Positions 56,806 through 64,000 of a stretch of 64,000 nucleotides of DNA are shown piece by piece. Source of the DNA: an uncultured Candidatus Saccharibacteria bacterium (GTDB lineage Bacteria; Patescibacteriota; Dojkabacteria; J137); the NCBI GenBank assembly GCA_964414295.1, contig CAYPVU010000007.1:43492-107491 (forward strand), given 5' to 3'. The notes under the pieces are model-generated. The model made no database searches. It worked only from the letters and a program-made list of their open reading frames with translations, and was not told the origin of the DNA. The first letter of the stretch is position 1; each line of letters starts with the position of its first letter. Position numbers and translations under genes: made by a program.

Positions 56806-57772
56806 ACTTCTTAACAAATTCATCAAAATTAAAATCAATATCAATTTGATTAGATAAATCTCCAAATCTATCTTTAATATGTCCTTGTGCTATATATTTC
56901 TTATGAAGCTTATATAATTTTTCTAATCTTTCATTGTAAGAAATATCAATACATGAAAGCTTTTTGTAAACATTAGAGAAAACAGCTTTATTCTGTTCTT
57001 CTAATTTATTAATATCTAATTCACTCTCACCTTGTTCCACCTCTCGAATATGGTCAGAATTATATAAATATCCAAGAAGTTTTGTTTTATCAATATTCTT
57101 TTCAACAAATTCCTTATCTTTGTCAGAATTAATTTTATTTCCTACGACAAATACTTCATTCCAAATACCTGCTTCTTCCGATAAAACTTTATATTGTTCA
57201 TATACTTCTAGAGATTTTTTAGTTGGTTCAACTACTAAAACAATCATGTCGAATTGTGCATGGAGTGTTCCTGCGAAAGCATCCACACCTGCAACCATAT
57301 CTACAATCACAGTAGAAGCTTTATCAATTGTATGAGAAAGCATGCTTTCTAAAACTGCTAAGTTATTGTGATAACAACTAGCTCCAATGCTGTCTGTATG
57401 ATATGAACCTACAATAGAAAGTAATAAATTGCTACGTCTTTGAGAATAGTTCTTTATAATATAGTTGTCGTAATCCTTTACTACAATAAAGTTTGACTTC
57501 TCTGTTGGTGGAGTGGATTTCTTAAAATGAGAAACTTCTTTAATTTTATTACTTTCTCCCATTAAGAATTTCTTAATATCTTTTTCGGAATCAGGATCAG
57601 AAATATGTTTTAAATTTTCAACCTTTAACCCTAATTGTTCAGCTAGGTGCATATTTAGATCTGCATCTATAGCCCAAACATTTTGATTATCTTGGTTTAA
57701 TGAATATTGTGTAAATAGAGAGGTAAAGGTTGTTTTACCACTACCACCTTTACCAACAAAAGCAATTCGCAT
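56798..57772 (-). CDS. CooC-like (MinD/CbiA family) ATPase
   Basis: GKGGSGKTT, IDADLN, GASCYH, VDMVAG, VVEPT, GNK. Confidence 0.85.
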   Translation of the reverse strand: MRIAFVGKGGSGKTTFTSLFTQYSLNQDNQNVWAIDADLNMHLAEQLGLKVENLKHISDPDSEKDIKKFLMGESNKIKEVSHFKKSTPPTEKSNFIVVKDYDNYIIKNYSQRRSNLLLSIVGSYHTDSIGASCYHNNLAVLESMLSHTIDKASTVIVDMVAGVDAFAGTLHAQFDMIVLVVEPTKKSLEVYEQYKVLSEEAGIWNEVFVVGNKINSDKDKEFVEKNIDKTKLLGYLYNSDHIREVEQGESELDINKLEEQNKAVFSNVYKKLSCIDISYNERLEKLYKLHKKYIAQGHIKDRFGDLSNQIDIDFNFDEFVKKYE

Positions 57773-57793
57773 AATTAGAGATTAAAAAATATA

Positions 57794-58147
57794 TTATTTA
57801 CAATCGGTACACTTACCTTTTAAGTTAAGTTCAAACTCTTCAAATTCAACATTCTTAGGAAGAATTTTTTTTATATCTTGTATTGAAATATCTACAGGTA
57901 ATATCTTTTCGCAGTTATTACAAATGAAATGTTGATGAAAATCATTTTCCTTATTAAGTTCGTAGCTAGAAACTCCTTTTTTTATATTTACCTCTCTTAA
58001 AACTCCTTCTGAAGTTAGTAGGGATAGATTTCTATAGACAGTAGCTCTATCTAAATCCTTTAGTTTTTCGCAGACTTCATTAGCGGTAAGAAGATCCCCG
58101 TTCTTGAAAACTTCAATTATTTGATTTCTTTTTTTGCTATTTCTCAT
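57794..58147 (-). CDS. Fur-family transcriptional regulator
   Basis: ATVYRNL, HQHFICNNC, C-terminal GKCTDC. Confidence 0.92.
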   Translation of the reverse strand: MRNSKKRNQIIEVFKNGDLLTANEVCEKLKDLDRATVYRNLSLLTSEGVLREVNIKKGVSSYELNKENDFHQHFICNNCEKILPVDISIQDIKKILPKNVEFEEFELNLKGKCTDCK

Positions 58148-58160
58148 GAATATTCAATAA

Positions 58161-58200
58161 TGCGAATTAGTTGCAAGAATGATAGTGCAAACAAGTCGCA
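58161..58200. promoter_or_regulatory. Two palindromic TGCRA-N5-TYGCA sites, putative Fur-family operator
   Basis: TGCGAATTAGTTGCA (58161-58175) and TGCAAACAAGTCGCA (58186-58200) directly upstream of the fur-like start codon. Confidence 0.6.
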
Positions 58201-58289
58201 TTTGTCAAGAATGTTTTAGGAAGTTTTGAGACTCTAAATTTGATACTCCCTTTTTAGGTGTCTCAAATGTCTCATTTGTTATAGTTAAC

Positions 58290-58402
58290 ATGAATATTTT
58301 GGCGGATTGATTCTGGGCGTGGTGGAATGGTAGACACGGTTGTTTATCAAACAATTGGATGTAAATCTGTAAGGGTTCGAGTCCCTTCGCCAAAGTATTC
58401 AT
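58290..58402 (+). ncRNA. tRNA-like structured RNA (type II body, ATC in the anticodon position) closed by a 15-bp stem
   Basis: D-arm GTG-GAATGGTAGA-CAC, GTTGT-TTATCAA-ACAAT, variable arm GGAT-GTAA-ATCT, AAGGG-TTCGAGT-CCCTT; 58290-58304 pairs with 58388-58402. Confidence 0.6.
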
Positions 58403-58472
58403 TGGTTCCAGACCCGTGTGTCCCGCTAAGTGTTTAATGAACTTTTAGCGGAGAGATTCTTATTAACTTTCT

Positions 58473-58504
58473 AAAAAGAGCAGGCTCCAAACTGCTCTTT
58501 TTTT
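58473..58504 (+). terminator. Intrinsic terminator
   Basis: AAAAAGAGCAG-GCTCCAAA-CTGCTCTTTTTTT. Confidence 0.75.
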
Positions 58505-58529
58505 ATGGATTCTTTGCTAGAATATTTTT

Positions 58530-58910
58530 ATGGATAAAAATACACAATTTACTAATATAGATGAATATATAAGAATACAACCAGAAGATATTCAAGCTAA
58601 GTTAAAGCAATTACGTGAATTAATTAAAGAATTAGCACCAGAATCTGTAGAAGCTATTAGCTATCAAATGCCTACATTTAAATTAAATGGCAAAAATCTT
58701 GTTCATTTTGCAGCATTTAAAAATCATATAGGATTTTACCCCTTCCCATCAGGAATAGAGGCGTTCAAAGAAGAAACAAAAGACTTTGTTACTTCTACAG
58801 GAACAATTCAATTTCCTTTAGATAAACCTCTGCCATTATCCTTAATAAAAAAGATAGTTCAATTTAGAGTTAAGGAGAATCAGGAAAGTTATTCTTCATA
58901 CAAAAAGTAA
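58530..58910 (+). CDS. DUF1801/YdhG-family protein
   Basis: IDEYI, EAISYQMPTF, HFAAFKNHIGFYP, GTIQFPLDKPLP. Confidence 0.9.
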   Translation: MDKNTQFTNIDEYIRIQPEDIQAKLKQLRELIKELAPESVEAISYQMPTFKLNGKNLVHFAAFKNHIGFYPFPSGIEAFKEETKDFVTSTGTIQFPLDKPLPLSLIKKIVQFRVKENQESYSSYKK

Positions 58911-59020
58911 ATTCACAAAATATTTGACACTTTTACAAAGTATTTATTGTTAATTTACTTAACTTTTACAAAATGTTCATAGAATAAAATATTAATTTAT
59001 TTTATTAAAAAGGAATATCT

Positions 59021-62000
59021 ATGCTCAAAAATATACTCCGTAGAGGGAGTAATCTTTTTGCAGTTTTATTAATACTGCTTGCTCCCCTCTCTATCAACTT
59101 CGAAAAAGTCTTTGCTGTAGATGGTTTAGAATATGTAACCTTAAGCTCCTTTAATGGGAAACCTGGAAACACAATACAAGTGTGGGGAGGAGGATATACA
59201 CCTAATAAATATGTAATTATTTATACTAGTGAGTCTAATAGCGTATTAGCTGAAACTAACGCTGCAGGTGATTTTGGTCCTGTAAATCTTACTATTCCAG
59301 TTAATACTCCCCAGGGTAATTTAACTATTACTTCTGCAATTAATGATGGTTCTTTGTCAGAAAAAGCTACTAATAGTTATTATGTAGAACCTTTTACACC
59401 TAGTATAACTGTAGATTCAAGTTCTAATTTACCATTTAGCAATGTAACCGTAAGTGGTACTGGCTTTAGCAGCGGAGAAGAAGTTGAACTTAAACTAGCA
59501 ACGGCTACATCTACTGTAACTGCTGATTCTAGCGGTGAGTTCGAGAATGCAAATATTGTTATACCTAATGTAGCTTCCGGTTTGTATAACTTAGTAGCTA
59601 CAGGAATTAGTTCTAATTCTTCTACACTAAGCTATTTTTATATTGGAGGTTTTTATCCTAATATATATCCTTCTTCTTACTATATATTGCCGGATGAAAC
59701 ATTAAGCTTTGGAGGATCTGGATATGCAAATGGAGAAGAAATTAAAGTATATGAGGATTTAAATCCAACAGTATTAGCTACATTTAATGCAGATTCTAAT
59801 GGATCATTCGAAAATGCAGGAGGTTTTGTAATTCCATTTAGTTATGCTGGAAGTCAAAAAACATTTAAATTGGTTGGAACAAATAGTGGCGGATCAAGTA
59901 CAGTAAATGTAACAATCGGACAATTTAATCCTAATGTATACCCATCTGCTTACTACATCACTCCAGGTCAAAATTTATCTTTTGGAGGATCTGGATATGC
60001 AAAAAATGAAATGGTTACAGTATTTGAAGGAGAAACTTCTAATGTACTAAGTACAATTGAAGCAGATGAATATGGCGCATTCGAAAGTGCTGGTGCATTT
60101 GAGATCCCTTTTGAATGGGGTGGAACTAATAAGAGCTTTAGATTAGTCGGCCAAAATAGTAATGCTCAAGCTACTGCCTCAATTGGAATTGGACAATTTT
60201 ATCCTAATGCTTCTCCATCTGAATATTACATAATGCCTGGAAAAAAGATTAACTTTACAGGTAATGGATTCGCTCCTGGAGAAACAGTAGACGTTCTTGA
60301 AGGTTTATCTACAACTCCATTAGTTAGTTTTGTAACAGATGAAAACGGTAACTTTGAAAATGCAGGTGAAGTTACAGTACCGTTTAATGAAGCAGGAGAA
60401 ACAAAAGTATTTAAATTATTTGGAAGAACAAGTAAAGGACAAGTGGAAGTTTCCTTTACTGTAGGACAACTTTATCCTCAAATTAGTCCTTCAACTTATT
60501 ACTTAAAACCAGGACAAATATTTACAGTTTCTGGTTTTGGATTTGCAGAAGGCGAAACTGTTAGCTTAAAAGTAGGAGATCTTACTCCTGTTATGAATGA
60601 ATTAGACGGAGAGGGTAACATTATCTTCACGGATTTAGAATTACCTTTTGATAATTCAGAAACTATAGATTTAGTTGCTACAGGCGATTTAAGTGGCGCA
60701 CAAGCTATAGTGACATTAACAGTAGCTAAGTATTACCCATATGTTGGTGCTACAAACTATTATGTAATGCCTGGTACTGAAATTGGCTTTACTGGTGAGG
60801 GATTTGCACCAAACGAAGATGTTACTGTACAGTTAGGGCTTAATACTATTTTAACTTTAACAACAGATGAAAATGGTTCAATAGAAACCAATTCATATGT
60901 TGTACCTTTTGGCTCTACTGAATCTTTAACATTCTTATTAACAGGACAAAAGAGTAAAGCAGCTAATACTGTTACTATTGGTATTGGTAGTTTTTACCCT
61001 TGGGTAGTATCAAGTAATTACTACACACAACCTGGTACAGTTGTAACAATTAGTGGAGGCGGATTTGCTGCTAACGAAGATGTAACTGTAGTTGCAGGCA
61101 GCTTTACAACTACTGCTCAAACTGATATGGATGGTAACTTAGAGGAAGTGGAAGTTATGTTACCTTTTGGACATAGCTCTTCTAGTTTGGACATTGTCTT
61201 GACTGGGCAAGAAAGTATGGCAAATGGAACTACAACAGTTACCCTTGCTCCATTTAATCTACAGATTACACCTAGTACTTATTATGATCAGCCGGGAAGT
61301 CAAATAGACTTTACAGGAAGTGGATTTGTTGCTGACGAAAGCATTTCGGTTAAAGTAAACGATTCTGCATTAACTTCTGTAAATGCTAATTCATTAGGTG
61401 AGTTTGAATTAACTGGAGTTACTCTACCATTTGGTACATCTGCTGTTTACACATTTACAGGCAGTGTGAGTGGTGCAGTTGGTACTGTAGAAATTGGATT
61501 AGCTAGCTTTTATGCAGGAGTTGAACTAAGCAGTTATTACGCTGTAGGCGGAACTCCAGTAACAATTTCTGGTTCCGGATTTTATGCTGGCGAAAATGTT
61601 GCTATAACATTTGGGGGTACTTCCCTTGGTAATGTTACAGCTACAAACAGCGGATCTTTTTCATTAAACACTAATGTTCCCTACTCTACTCCAGGTAGTA
61701 AAGCAGTAATTGCAACTGGCTCTATGAGTGGAGCTTCTGCAGAAACTACATTTACTCAAGCAGAGGTTTACACATCTGTTGAGCTGGGTAATTATGCTGG
61801 AGGTCCAGGTTCTACAATTACCTTTATTGGATCAGGCTTTTTAGCAAATGAACCAATTGAAATACTTACAGATAGAACTGGTTCTACTGTTGTACATACA
61901 TTTAATGCATCAGCAGATGGTTCATTTAATAATTCATCATTTGTAATTCCTAATGATTTTACTGAAGGTGAATTAACATTAACTATTAAAGGAACTTACA

Positions 62001-62041
62001 GTATGACTACTAGTCAGATTGTATTTTATGTAACTCCTTAA
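59021..62041 (+). CDS. Secreted/surface protein made of ~11 tandem ~90-aa Ig-like repeats
   Basis: Signal peptide; repeated YP...PS.YY..PG..I.F.G.GF...E.V; identical TTTGGAGGATCTGGATATGCAAA at 59708 and 59981 (273 bp apart). Confidence 0.8.
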   Translation: MLKNILRRGSNLFAVLLILLAPLSINFEKVFAVDGLEYVTLSSFNGKPGNTIQVWGGGYTPNKYVIIYTSESNSVLAETNAAGDFGPVNLTIPVNTPQGNLTITSAINDGSLSEKATNSYYVEPFTPSITVDSSSNLPFSNVTVSGTGFSSGEEVELKLATATSTVTADSSGEFENANIVIPNVASGLYNLVATGISSNSSTLSYFYIGGFYPNIYPSSYYILPDETLSFGGSGYANGEEIKVYEDLNPTVLATFNADSNGSFENAGGFVIPFSYAGSQKTFKLVGTNSGGSSTVNVTIGQFNPNVYPSAYYITPGQNLSFGGSGYAKNEMVTVFEGETSNVLSTIEADEYGAFESAGAFEIPFEWGGTNKSFRLVGQNSNAQATASIGIGQFYPNASPSEYYIMPGKKINFTGNGFAPGETVDVLEGLSTTPLVSFVTDENGNFENAGEVTVPFNEAGETKVFKLFGRTSKGQVEVSFTVGQLYPQISPSTYYLKPGQIFTVSGFGFAEGETVSLKVGDLTPVMNELDGEGNIIFTDLELPFDNSETIDLVATGDLSGAQAIVTLTVAKYYPYVGATNYYVMPGTEIGFTGEGFAPNEDVTVQLGLNTILTLTTDENGSIETNSYVVPFGSTESLTFLLTGQKSKAANTVTIGIGSFYPWVVSSNYYTQPGTVVTISGGGFAANEDVTVVAGSFTTTAQTDMDGNLEEVEVMLPFGHSSSSLDIVLTGQESMANGTTTVTLAPFNLQITPSTYYDQPGSQIDFTGSGFVADESISVKVNDSALTSVNANSLGEFELTGVTLPFGTSAVYTFTGSVSGAVGTVEIGLASFYAGVELSSYYAVGGTPVTISGSGFYAGENVAITFGGTSLGNVTATNSGSFSLNTNVPYSTPGSKAVIATGSMSGASAETTFTQAEVYTSVELGNYAGGPGSTITFIGSGFLANEPIEILTDRTGSTVVHTFNASADGSFNNSSFVIPNDFTEGELTLTIKGTYSMTTSQIVFYVTP

Positions 62042-62062
62042 TAATTAATTAAACTGCTATTT

Positions 62063-62088
62063 AAGGGCGCCTAAAGGCGCCCTTTTTT
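62063..62088 (+). terminator. Intrinsic terminator
   Basis: AAGGGCGCCT-AA-AGGCGCCCTT-TTTT. Confidence 0.85.
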
Positions 62089-62158
62089 ATAGCAATAATT
62101 GATTTAGTTTTCACTTACTTAATACATATTCTTTACACTATTTATCTATATTAATTAT

Positions 62159-62698
62159 ATGGATGATAAAGAAATTTATAAAAAACTAAGAAGGCCATTT
62201 GATCTTAAGTTTATTAATTGGAAGATTAATAATTACAATACTGCTAAAACTAAAGCAATGATAACCTTTTACTTAGATGCTAGGGCAGTTCAGCATCGAT
62301 TAAATCAGGTGTTAGGAGTTGATGGATGGAGTTTTTCGTTTTCTGAGATTTCTAAAGATAATGGAGTTCATGGAAAGTTAACTGTGTACTTTAAATCCAG
62401 TAATCCTGATCCTAAACATAGGGAGGATTGTATTTTAAACGAAGTAACAAGAGAAGATGTGGGTTATGCAAGTACTACAGAAAAAAGTGAGTGGTATAAA
62501 GATGCAGTTTCGGATGCTTTAAAAAGATGTGCAGTCCATTTTGGAGTAGGACATTTTTTATATGCTCTCCCCTATTTATGGATTGATTTAAAAACTCCTG
62601 GTCAAAAATATTTAGATGATGACCAAAATGACTTCATAAGAAATTGGTTAGAAGACCAAATTAAAAGAATGACTTCTCCTAAAGAATTAAAATCATAA
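62159..62698 (+). CDS. Rad52/Rad22-family single-strand annealing protein
   Basis: YLDARAVQHRLNQVLGVDGW, REDVG, KDAVSDALKRCAVHFGVG. Confidence 0.88.
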   Translation: MDDKEIYKKLRRPFDLKFINWKINNYNTAKTKAMITFYLDARAVQHRLNQVLGVDGWSFSFSEISKDNGVHGKLTVYFKSSNPDPKHREDCILNEVTREDVGYASTTEKSEWYKDAVSDALKRCAVHFGVGHFLYALPYLWIDLKTPGQKYLDDDQNDFIRNWLEDQIKRMTSPKELKS

Positions 62699-62717
62699 CT
62701 TTCTATAAGTTCCTTTA

Positions 62718-64000
62718 TTATCTAGCAATTGTCATATTTACACTCTTTTCTGATATTACAGCTCCATTCAATTCTTTTGCTGTAAATTTAATTACATACG
62801 GTCCATTATTTTTCCACCACCAACCGCTTACATCTACTAATGCTTCTTTATTACTTCCATTATTATTCATTTGATTTAATTGACCTCCGTCTACACTCCA
62901 ATACATATTATAAGTATTTACTGCTCTACCTTCTATGGTAGTTCTAAATGTATTTAGTCCATTATTTACACTTTCTATTGATTGTAGAATCTTTATCTCA
63001 CTAGAAGGTTGAGGTTGAGGATCCGGCTGTGGATTTGGGTTAACTACTGGCTGATTATTAACAGTAAACTTTTTTACGTCTCCATTCCAATAAAGATTAC
63101 CCCATGTATTATTAAATATACCAGCTCTTATAGTGTATTCTCCTGTATTTGGAGTATTAAAATTTAGATTGTAAGTCTTTGCAGTATTAGCAGCTAAACT
63201 TTGACCTTCATAAAACTGCTGCAATACTTTTTGATTACTGCTGTTATATACTTCTATATCAATAATTACATTATTTAGGTTCGTGTTAGAAGTAAAGTTT
63301 GTAGAAATATTTATTGCCTGATTAACTAATGGATTATTAGATACACTAGATTGAATTGTGTAAGATGTATTTACAGGCGGTTGAGGCTTCGGATTCACTA
63401 CAGGCTGATTAACTACAGTAAAATCTTTTACTTGTCCTTCCCATTTATATAATACTGACCAATTATTATTGAATAATCCTGCTTTAATTGTATAGTTTCC
63501 TAATGCATTAGGTGTAAAGTTAGTTTTAAAATTATTATCAGTATTTGCATTTAAGTTTTGATTTTCATAAAACTTCTGAAACACTCGCTGATTATTGGAG
63601 TTGTAAATTTCAATATCAACAATTGAATTACTTACTGCAGTATTAGGTTTTATATTTATATTAACTTCAGCAGATTGATTAATTACAGGCTGGGATGGAT
63701 TTATAGATCCGGTTATGGCGATTGTAGAAGGGGGCTGAGGATTTGGATTAGGCTGCGGAGCATTATCACCAAACCACTTTTTTAATACTTCTTCTGCTAA
63801 TTTATTTTGTGGAGTATATGCAGTATTCCACCCTCCTGCATTAGGATTAGATTCCCATTCCCACAAATGTATCCCCTTTACATAATCTTTAGTATTCCAA
63901 AACTCTAAAAGACCGTCATATAGATTGGCTTGTAGTTCTTGCGATATTGTATTTTGATAATTGTAATCCCAAGGGATTTGATTTGCTCCAATTAGACTTC
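62718..64000 (-). CDS. GH113-like glycoside hydrolase with two C-terminal Ig-like repeats (5' end outside the window)
   Basis: Frame is open to the window edge: SLIGANQIPWDY...QANLY...GIHLWEW...YTPQNKLAEEVLKKW, then Pro/Asn linkers and duplicated IDIE.YNS.NQ.V.Q.FYE.Q.L domains. Confidence 0.65.
   Translation of the reverse strand, partial: SLIGANQIPWDYNYQNTISQELQANLYDGLLEFWNTKDYVKGIHLWEWESNPNAGGWNTAYTPQNKLAEEVLKKWFGDNAPQPNPNPQPPSTIAITGSINPSQPVINQSAEVNINIKPNTAVSNSIVDIEIYNSNNQRVFQKFYENQNLNANTDNNFKTNFTPNALGNYTIKAGLFNNNWSVLYKWEGQVKDFTVVNQPVVNPKPQPPVNTSYTIQSSVSNNPLVNQAINISTNFTSNTNLNNVIIDIEVYNSSNQKVLQQFYEGQSLAANTAKTYNLNFNTPNTGEYTIRAGIFNNTWGNLYWNGDVKKFTVNNQPVVNPNPQPDPQPQPSSEIKILQSIESVNNGLNTFRTTIEGRAVNTYNMYWSVDGGQLNQMNNNGSNKEALVDVSGWWWKNNGPYVIKFTAKELNGAVISEKSVNMTIAR

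Noticed and set aside
58313-58395. Canonical tRNA-Leu or tRNA-Asp
   Set aside because: The direct acceptor stem has two mismatches and the ATC anticodon conflicts with the type II body; reported as a tRNA-like RNA instead.
58205-58402. 65-aa - strand ORF
   Set aside because: Antisense to the tRNA-like element, with no protein features.
1-64000. CRISPR array, rRNA, IS transposase or reverse transcriptase
   Set aside because: No regularly spaced direct repeats, rRNA-like tract, DDE/HUH transposase or RT motifs were seen by eye.

Overview
AT-rich bacterial chromosome segment using the standard genetic code. The gene repertoire (short-leader promoters, tRNAs without encoded CCA, mostly salvage-type genes) suggests a CPR/Patescibacteria organism; this is inference, not a phylogenetic result. 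Bases 1-21.5 kb are backbone: nrdR, a Mur ligase, ung, an Erm-like methyltransferase, glycosyltransferases and a group of unusual nucleotide-metabolism genes (cytidylyltransferase, HIT-NUDIX fusion, dCMP-deaminase fusion, divergent IMPDH, MtrA-ThyA-DUF4346 fusion). Bases ~21.7-50.9 kb form a mosaic accessory region between two convergent tRNAs, tRNA-Ser(GCT) and tRNA-Tyr(GTA). It holds a serine-recombinase satellite-like module, a phage-like fragment with a degenerate initiator tRNA, a second serine recombinase with terminase genes but no capsid, a Hachiman locus whose HamB is fused in frame to half a DNA methyltransferase, and a tight six-gene operon (TrpRS-like, TrpD-like, Zn-dehydrogenase, SAM-methyltransferase, HAD phosphatase, PRTase). 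That operon is the best candidate for an undescribed small-molecule/nucleoside pathway. The rest carries an archaeal-type TyrRS next to a C1:G72 tRNA-Tyr with a long variable arm, a Fur-CooC-like-cysteine synthase/rhodanese operon, a candidate ~210-nt tRNA-mimic RNA, a repeat surface protein, a Rad52-like annealase and a partial GH113-like gene. No CRISPR array or rRNA was seen. All family calls come from motif recognition by eye, without database searches.
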